A stretch of 64,000 nucleotides of DNA from the NCBI GenBank assembly GCA_965224025.1, contig OZ245033.1, positions 2,240,001-2,304,000 on the forward strand. Reading direction: 5' to 3'. Within the stretch, counting starts at the first letter, position 1. Every line of letters starts with the position of its first letter. Made by a program: the position numbers and the translations under genes. Shown piece after piece: positions 58,501 through 64,000 of this stretch. The notes under the pieces are model-generated. The model made no database searches, was not told the origin of the DNA, and was given only the letters and a program-made list of their open reading frames with translations. Origin of the DNA: Candidatus Multivorans sp. Its GTDB lineage: Bacteria; Acidobacteriota; Thermoanaerobaculia; Multivoradales; Multivoraceae.

Positions 58501-60219
58501 ATGCTGCGCTCGCTGCACGTGCAGAACCTGGCCGTGATCGAACGGGCAGAGCTTCAGTTCGGGCCGGGCCTGAACGTAGTCACGGGCGAGACGGGCGCGG
58601 GTAAATCCCTGGTGGTCGATTCGCTGTCCCTGCTTGCCGGGGGCCGCGCGAGTTCGGAGACGATCCGCACGGGCGCGGACACGCTGGTCCTGAGCGGCGT
58701 CTTCGAGCCTTCGGACAGCGACTGGCGGCGGCTGCTCGAAGAGGCCGGCGTGCCGGTGGACGGGGACGAGCTCCTGGTGCGCCGCGAGGTCACCCGGGCC
58801 GGACGCAACCGCGTGTTCGTGAACGACCATCCGGTGACGCTCCGGCTGCTCTCCGCGATCACACGCCGGTTGATCCGCATCTTCGGTCAGCGCGACGAGA
58901 TCGGCATCGTCTCGCCCGACCTGCAGCGGGCCTGGCTCGACCGCTCGGGCGGTGAATCCGTTGCGGCCCTCGTGGCGTCGTGCGCCAGCGCCTACGAGGC
59001 CTGGCGCGAGGCTGCCGACCGACTCGATCGCCTGAGCGGCGACGATCAACTTCGCCTGGAGCGGATCGACCTCCTGAAGTTCCAGACCTCGGAGATCGAC
59101 GCCGCGCGCCTCCGTGCCGGCGAGGACGAGGAACTGCGGGCCGAACGGGAAGTGCTGCGGCATGCCGAGGCGATCGCGGGCGCGTTGCACCAGGCCCTCG
59201 CCCTGCTCAGCGACGACGAACAAGCGGTGGATAGCCGGCTTGCTCAGGCCGGAAACACGCTGCAGGACATCGCGCGCTGGCAACCCGAGGCCGGGGCCTG
59301 GGCCGACGCCCTGGCCGAGGCGGGGACGGTGGTGAACGACCTGACGGCGGACCTGCGTAGCAGCGCGGTCGGCTCCGACTCGGATCCCAGGCGGCTCGAC
59401 CGGATCGAGGAGCGGTTGAGCGTGATCGAGCGCCTGACCCGGAAGTACGGCGGCAGCAGTGCCGACGTCATCGAGCACGGCCGCCGTCTGGCCGAGGAGA
59501 TGCTCGAGTTGGAGACGGCGGACGTTCGCCGCGACGAGGTGGAGCAGCAGGCCGCGGCCTGCCTCGCGGAGTACGCCGCGCGCGCCGAGGCTCTGTCTCT
59601 CACGCGCCGCGAACTCGGCGCCGCGCTGGAGACGGAAGTCATCGGCCACCTGCGGGACTTGGCGGTCGAGCGCGCCGCGTTCGAGGTGGAGATCGGCCGT
59701 GCGCCGCGCCCCGACAGCCCGCTGGAACTGGACGGCGAGCGCGTCGCCTTCGACCGCCGGGGCGTCGACCAGGTGACCTACCGCTTCAGCGCCAACCCGG
59801 GCGAGGCGCTTCGCCCGCTGTCCAGGGTCGCCTCGGGCGGCGAGCTGGCGCGCCTGTTTCTGGCGCTCCAGACCGCCGTGCGCGGCGCCGGCCCCGCGGC
59901 GGGATCGACCCTGGTCTTCGACGAGGTGGACTCAGGGGTCGGCGGCGCCGAGGCGGCGATCGTCGGCCGCAAGCTGCAACGCCTGGCCCGCGGCGGCCAG
60001 ATACTGGCCGTGACCCACCTGCCCCAGGTGGCGAGCCGCGGCGACCGGCACCTCGAGGTCAGGAAGGAAGTGCGAGCCGGGCGGACGCGGGTCGATGTCC
60101 ATCGCCTCGACGACGAACGCCGCGTGGAGGAAGTGGCCCGCATGCTGGCGGGCGAGGAGATCACCGACTCCGCGCGCTCCGCGGCCGAGGAACTGCTGGC
60201 CGGCGCTTCTGTCGACTAG
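58501..60219 (+). CDS. recN: DNA repair protein RecN
   Basis: TGETGAGKS, ASGGELAR, VFDEVDSG, THLPQVA. Confidence 0.97.
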   Translation: MLRSLHVQNLAVIERAELQFGPGLNVVTGETGAGKSLVVDSLSLLAGGRASSETIRTGADTLVLSGVFEPSDSDWRRLLEEAGVPVDGDELLVRREVTRAGRNRVFVNDHPVTLRLLSAITRRLIRIFGQRDEIGIVSPDLQRAWLDRSGGESVAALVASCASAYEAWREAADRLDRLSGDDQLRLERIDLLKFQTSEIDAARLRAGEDEELRAEREVLRHAEAIAGALHQALALLSDDEQAVDSRLAQAGNTLQDIARWQPEAGAWADALAEAGTVVNDLTADLRSSAVGSDSDPRRLDRIEERLSVIERLTRKYGGSSADVIEHGRRLAEEMLELETADVRRDEVEQQAAACLAEYAARAEALSLTRRELGAALETEVIGHLRDLAVERAAFEVEIGRAPRPDSPLELDGERVAFDRRGVDQVTYRFSANPGEALRPLSRVASGGELARLFLALQTAVRGAGPAAGSTLVFDEVDSGVGGAEAAIVGRKLQRLARGGQILAVTHLPQVASRGDRHLEVRKEVRAGRTRVDVHRLDDERRVEEVARMLAGEEITDSARSAAEELLAGASVD

Positions 60220-60275
60220 GCGGCGTCGGACGCGCCCGCCCGTCCTGGGGCAGTACGGGTCTGCTCCCAGGTGGC

Positions 60276-60355
60276 GCTCGCGCTTGAGAGGAGATGGGAA
60301 GGGGTTGCGCTCGCTCCGCTTCACTCGCTCCGGTTGGGCGTCGGCTACGTGGGGA
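60276..60355 (+). repeat. Diverged core of element A (copy 3)
   Basis: CGCTCGCGCT..GGGGTTGCGCTCGCT..CGCTCCGGTT.GGCGTCGG in the same order as copies 1 and 2. Confidence 0.55.
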
Positions 60356-60491
60356 GGTTCTCTGGGTGCGCGGACCCTCTGGTCCGCATCCGCCGCAGGC
60401 GGAATCCGGGCGCCGTCCGGCGCGTGTCCGGTTCCTCCCGGCGGCTCACGCTCGTCGGTCTGCGCCGAAGCCTCGTTTAGGCTTCCGCCCC

Positions 60492-61079
60492 ATGCTTGAA
60501 ACTTGGCCTTGGGACGGCGATCTGGAGGTCGTGAAGCGAGCCCTGGCCGACGGTCGGGTACTCGCGGTTCCTACGGAGTCGTCGTACGGTCTGGCAGTGG
60601 ATCCCCGTTCCGCGGAGGGTGTCGATGCGACCTACCGGATCAAGGAGCGTGAGCGCGGCAAGCCGCTGCCCGTTGTGGCCGCCGACCTGGCGCAGGCCCT
60701 CGATCTCGGAATTGAAGCGAACGAGGCGGTACGGATGGCGGAAGCGCACTGGCCGGCGCCGCTCACGGTGGTGGCGCCGCTTGCTCCCGGCGCGTCGTTG
60801 CCCGCGGCGGTGGGCGGGGCGACGCTGGCGGTGCGGGTACCCGCGCACGCGCGACTCCGAGGGCTGCTGGAAGCCCTGGGCCATCCGCTGACGGCGACGA
60901 GCGCGAACCGGAGCGGCAAGCCCGGGATCTGTGATCCGGCGGCCCTCGAACCGATCCTCGGCGATGCGGGTGCCCTTGTCGTCGGCGGCGAGCAGACGCC
61001 CGGAGGGCCGCCATCCACCGTGGTATCTTGGAGTTCCGCCGGCTTGCGGGTGTTGCGCCGCGGGCGCTTCGATCTCTGA
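60492..61079 (+). CDS. tsaC: L-threonylcarbamoyladenylate synthase (Sua5/YrdC)
   Basis: PTESSYGL, K.R...KPL, WP.PLT, ATSANRSG, PSTV. Confidence 0.9.
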   Translation: MLETWPWDGDLEVVKRALADGRVLAVPTESSYGLAVDPRSAEGVDATYRIKERERGKPLPVVAADLAQALDLGIEANEAVRMAEAHWPAPLTVVAPLAPGASLPAAVGGATLAVRVPAHARLRGLLEALGHPLTATSANRSGKPGICDPAALEPILGDAGALVVGGEQTPGGPPSTVVSWSSAGLRVLRRGRFDL

Positions 61080-61126
61080 CACCGGTTGCCGGCTCTGGTT
61101 GCCGACTTCCGAAGCGAATCCTGACC

Positions 61127-62962
61127 GTGACCCGTTCCGTTGTTCTCGTTCTCGGTCTTCTGGCCGTCCCGGTTGGGGCGCAGGAACCGGTGACCGCGGC
61201 GTCCCGCGCCGAGTCCGCTCCACCGGTCGATCTGAACGGCGACGAGATCGGCGTCGACGAGGTCTCCCGAGGGCAGATCGGCTACGGCCTGTCCGTGTTC
61301 GCCGGCAGCGAGCCTTCGCGTTTCGGAGTCGAGGTCGTCGGCGTGATCCGGGAGATGGACCCGGGCACGAGTTACATCGTGGCCCGCCTGAGCGGCAACG
61401 GGCTCGAGGAGTCGGGCGTCGTGGCCGGAATGAGCGGCAGCCCCGTCTACCTCGACGACCGCCTCGCCGGGGCGGTCGCATACTCCTGGGCGTTCACCAG
61501 CGAAACGCTGGCGCTGATCACGCCGATCGCCGCGATGCGGAAGTTGAGCGCGCTCGAAGGGGGCGAAGCCGCGGGCGAGTCGCGGGGACTGGCTGCTCCG
61601 GGTGCGCCACGGCCGTTCGAGCAGGCGGTGCGGCAGATGCTCGAACCGCCCGACGACGTTGCCGCGGCGGTTCGGGAAACCGTCGCCGAACAGCTCGGCT
61701 CGCTTGTCGCGCCGGCGGACTGGGGTGGTCGCGGGGGCGCGCAGGTCGTCACCCTGGGTTTCGGTGAATCGGTGCGCCGGATGCTCGCCGCCGCCCCGGC
61801 GGGACGCGCCGACAGCGCCGAGATGCCGGACCTCGGCGCCGGCAGCGCGGTCGCGGGCGTATTGATCGACGGCGACCTGAAGGTCGCGGTCGGCGGTACC
61901 GTGACCCGGGTCGAGGACGGCGAGGTGCTGGCCATGGGACACCCGTACCTCGGTGTGGGCCCGCTGCGCGTGCCGATGGCGACGGTGGAGGTGATCGGCG
62001 TGGTGCCGCGGCGGAGCAGCTCGATGCGGCTCAGCAACATCGGCTCGGTGGTCGGCGCATTCGACCAGGATCGCTTCGCGGGACTGAGAGGGCGGGTCGG
62101 CGCCGACGCGCGGACGATCCCGATGACGATTCAGGTCGAGGCCCCGAACGGCGAGGTCCGCCGCTTTGATCTCCGGTTGGCGGATCTGCCCCGGATGCTG
62201 CCTTCGCTGGTCGGCATTCCGACCATGCAGGCGCTCGATTCCGCTTCGTACGGCGGCGGCGAGAGCGGTCTGGACATGACCGGCGCCCTGCGCCTGCGCG
62301 GGCACGAGGACGTGCCGCTGCAGCAGGTCTTCGACGGCTCGGGGCCCGGCACGAGCGCCGCCTTCTACCTCATCGCCCTGGTCGGGGCGCTGGTCAACTC
62401 GGACTACGAAGGCGTCGAGATCGAGGGCATCGATCTCACCCTGACCCAGACCCACGGCGTGCGGACGGTCGAGATCGAGCGCGCCCAGGCCTCTTCGAGG
62501 AGGGTTCACGCGGGCGAGACGGTGGACGTCGTGTTCGACCTTCGGCGGCATCGCGGCGACCGGTACCAGGAGACCCTCCGGGTGACGATTCCCGAGGACC
62601 GCCGGCCGGGCCGCTACTATCTCTTCGTCGGTGACGGCGTGAACATCGACGCGGCGCGGCTGCAACTCGAGCCCAGCAAGGCGTCGTCCCTGACTGACCA
62701 GCTCGACATGCTGCGTTCGTTCCAGCCGAAGAGCCGGCTCGCCGCGCTCGGCGTCGTGCCTGCCCGTGGGCTCATCGTCGAGGGACGGCCGATGCCCCAG
62801 CTTCCGGCCTCGATACGGTCGATCTGGCAGGCGTCGCCCCTGCAGGGAGAGCCCCGGGCCCTGAACCTGGCGATCGTGAACGAGCAGGGACGCGATCTCG
62901 GAGTTCCGCTCGACGGACTGTTCCGGCTCGACCTCGAGATCCTGCCCGGTATCGCGCCTTGA
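61127..62962 (+). CDS. SpoIVB peptidase S55 domain protein
   Basis: GYGLSVF.G, GVVAGMSGSPVY..RLAGAVAY, LAMGHP. Confidence 0.88.
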   Translation: MTRSVVLVLGLLAVPVGAQEPVTAASRAESAPPVDLNGDEIGVDEVSRGQIGYGLSVFAGSEPSRFGVEVVGVIREMDPGTSYIVARLSGNGLEESGVVAGMSGSPVYLDDRLAGAVAYSWAFTSETLALITPIAAMRKLSALEGGEAAGESRGLAAPGAPRPFEQAVRQMLEPPDDVAAAVRETVAEQLGSLVAPADWGGRGGAQVVTLGFGESVRRMLAAAPAGRADSAEMPDLGAGSAVAGVLIDGDLKVAVGGTVTRVEDGEVLAMGHPYLGVGPLRVPMATVEVIGVVPRRSSSMRLSNIGSVVGAFDQDRFAGLRGRVGADARTIPMTIQVEAPNGEVRRFDLRLADLPRMLPSLVGIPTMQALDSASYGGGESGLDMTGALRLRGHEDVPLQQVFDGSGPGTSAAFYLIALVGALVNSDYEGVEIEGIDLTLTQTHGVRTVEIERAQASSRRVHAGETVDVVFDLRRHRGDRYQETLRVTIPEDRRPGRYYLFVGDGVNIDAARLQLEPSKASSLTDQLDMLRSFQPKSRLAALGVVPARGLIVEGRPMPQLPASIRSIWQASPLQGEPRALNLAIVNEQGRDLGVPLDGLFRLDLEILPGIAP

Positions 62963-64000
62963 GGGCCCGTACCTTGGGGGACCGCGCCCGGGCCGTAGCG
63001 GGAATCGCGGCGGGGACCTGGTTGCTGCTGGCCGGCGCCGGCGTCGCCCGCGCCTCGGAAGTCCAGATCTGGCGCGCCGACAGCCAGGCCGTGTTTCTGG
63101 CGGGCGAACTCGTGGACGTGAGCGTCGATCGGCTGGGGGTTCTCCGTCTGGCGCAGCGGGCCGAGAAGTTCGCCACCGTCGCTGAGCCGTTCCTGTTCTC
63201 CTTCGTTGGGGCGGAGGGGCGCTTCGCGGCGGGTACCGGCAACTCGGGAAAGGTCCTGGAGGTCCAGATCGACGGGGATGCCGGCTCGATCACGGAACTC
63301 TTCGCCACCCAGGAACCCGAGGTGTTCGCGGTCTGGGTGGACGGCGACGGCGCCGTCTACGCCGGCTCGTCGCCGGACGGCAAGGTCTACCGGAAGCGGC
63401 CGGAGGGCGAGGTCGAAGAGCTGTTCGACCCGGATGCGCAGTACATCTGGGCGCTGCTGGGCGCCGGAGACGGCGGCCTGCTGGTGGCGACCGGTCCGGA
63501 GGGGAAGCTGCACCGGGTGGACCTCGCCAGCGGTGAATCGAAGTTGCTCTACGACAGCACGGACACCCACATCCGTTCGCTCGCGCTGCGTCCGGACGGC
63601 ACGGTGCTGGCCGGTACCGCGGGCGAGGGTCTGCTGCTCGAGATCGACGCGGAGGGCGAAGCCCGCACCCTCTACGACGCCGCCGGACCCGAGGTGCTGG
63701 CGATCACGCCGGGCGAGGACGGCGCCTTCTACGCCTCCGCGCTGGCTTCCGAGGCCAGTTTCGTCAACCTGAGCAGCACGCGAAGCTCCTCGAGCGGAAG
63801 TTCGTCGGCAAGCAGCTCCACGGGAAGCGGCGCCTCCGCCGGGAGCAACTCCTCGAATTCGAATGGCCAGCAGAGCAAGGTCACGGTCCAGACCGGCGCG
63901 ATCTCCGCGGGAAGCCGTGCCGCCTCCTTCAAGGGTCCGCGCTCCGAGGTGCTGCGCATCGACGCGACCGGCGCCGTCGAGTCGATCTGGAAGTTCGAGA
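62959..64000 (+). CDS. Secreted beta-propeller repeat protein (runs off window end)
   Basis: TTG start overlapping upstream stop; signal peptide; repeated YAG.SPDGKVY / YIWAL / ATG.EG blades; Ser-rich linker. Confidence 0.8.
   Translation, partial: MRARTLGDRARAVAGIAAGTWLLLAGAGVARASEVQIWRADSQAVFLAGELVDVSVDRLGVLRLAQRAEKFATVAEPFLFSFVGAEGRFAAGTGNSGKVLEVQIDGDAGSITELFATQEPEVFAVWVDGDGAVYAGSSPDGKVYRKRPEGEVEELFDPDAQYIWALLGAGDGGLLVATGPEGKLHRVDLASGESKLLYDSTDTHIRSLALRPDGTVLAGTAGEGLLLEIDAEGEARTLYDAAGPEVLAITPGEDGAFYASALASEASFVNLSSTRSSSSGSSSASSSTGSGASAGSNSSNSNGQQSKVTVQTGAISAGSRAASFKGPRSEVLRIDATGAVESIWKFE

Overview
High-GC bacterial chromosome segment, probably Acidobacteriota (inferred from gene style, the SecY loop insertion and the long GreA; not verified). 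The core backbone is the distal spc/alpha ribosomal operon (rplF to rplQ, no rpsD), an EF-G paralogue, an M16 peptidase pair, lexA, an amidase, gatCA, long greA, rodZ, tRNA-Pro, nfeD/SPFH, lnt, prfB (programmed frameshift), glycosyltransferases, fbaB, patatin, lipBA, proline genes, recN, tsaC and an S55 peptidase. Three accessory regions interrupt it. (1) A NucS-like nuclease plus a BsuBI/PstI-type R-M pair (8.2-11.8 kb), bracketed by two inverted copies of a ~175-bp hairpin element. (2) The best candidate for a new system: a 6.6-kb element (21892-28482) with subterminal 25-bp inverted repeats and a duplicated 4-bp CCTC. It splits a host gene that rejoins in frame and encodes no transposase. 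It carries a Mu-like head segment: terminase tip, portal, unknown gene, Tle1-like lipase, MuF with an HExxH extension, putative immunity gene and gpG. (3) A Cre-like tyrosine recombinase followed by modular secreted proteins, two of them enclosed by an ~85-bp direct repeat (46.6-53.7 kb). Three single-base homopolymer frameshifts suggest possible long-read errors.
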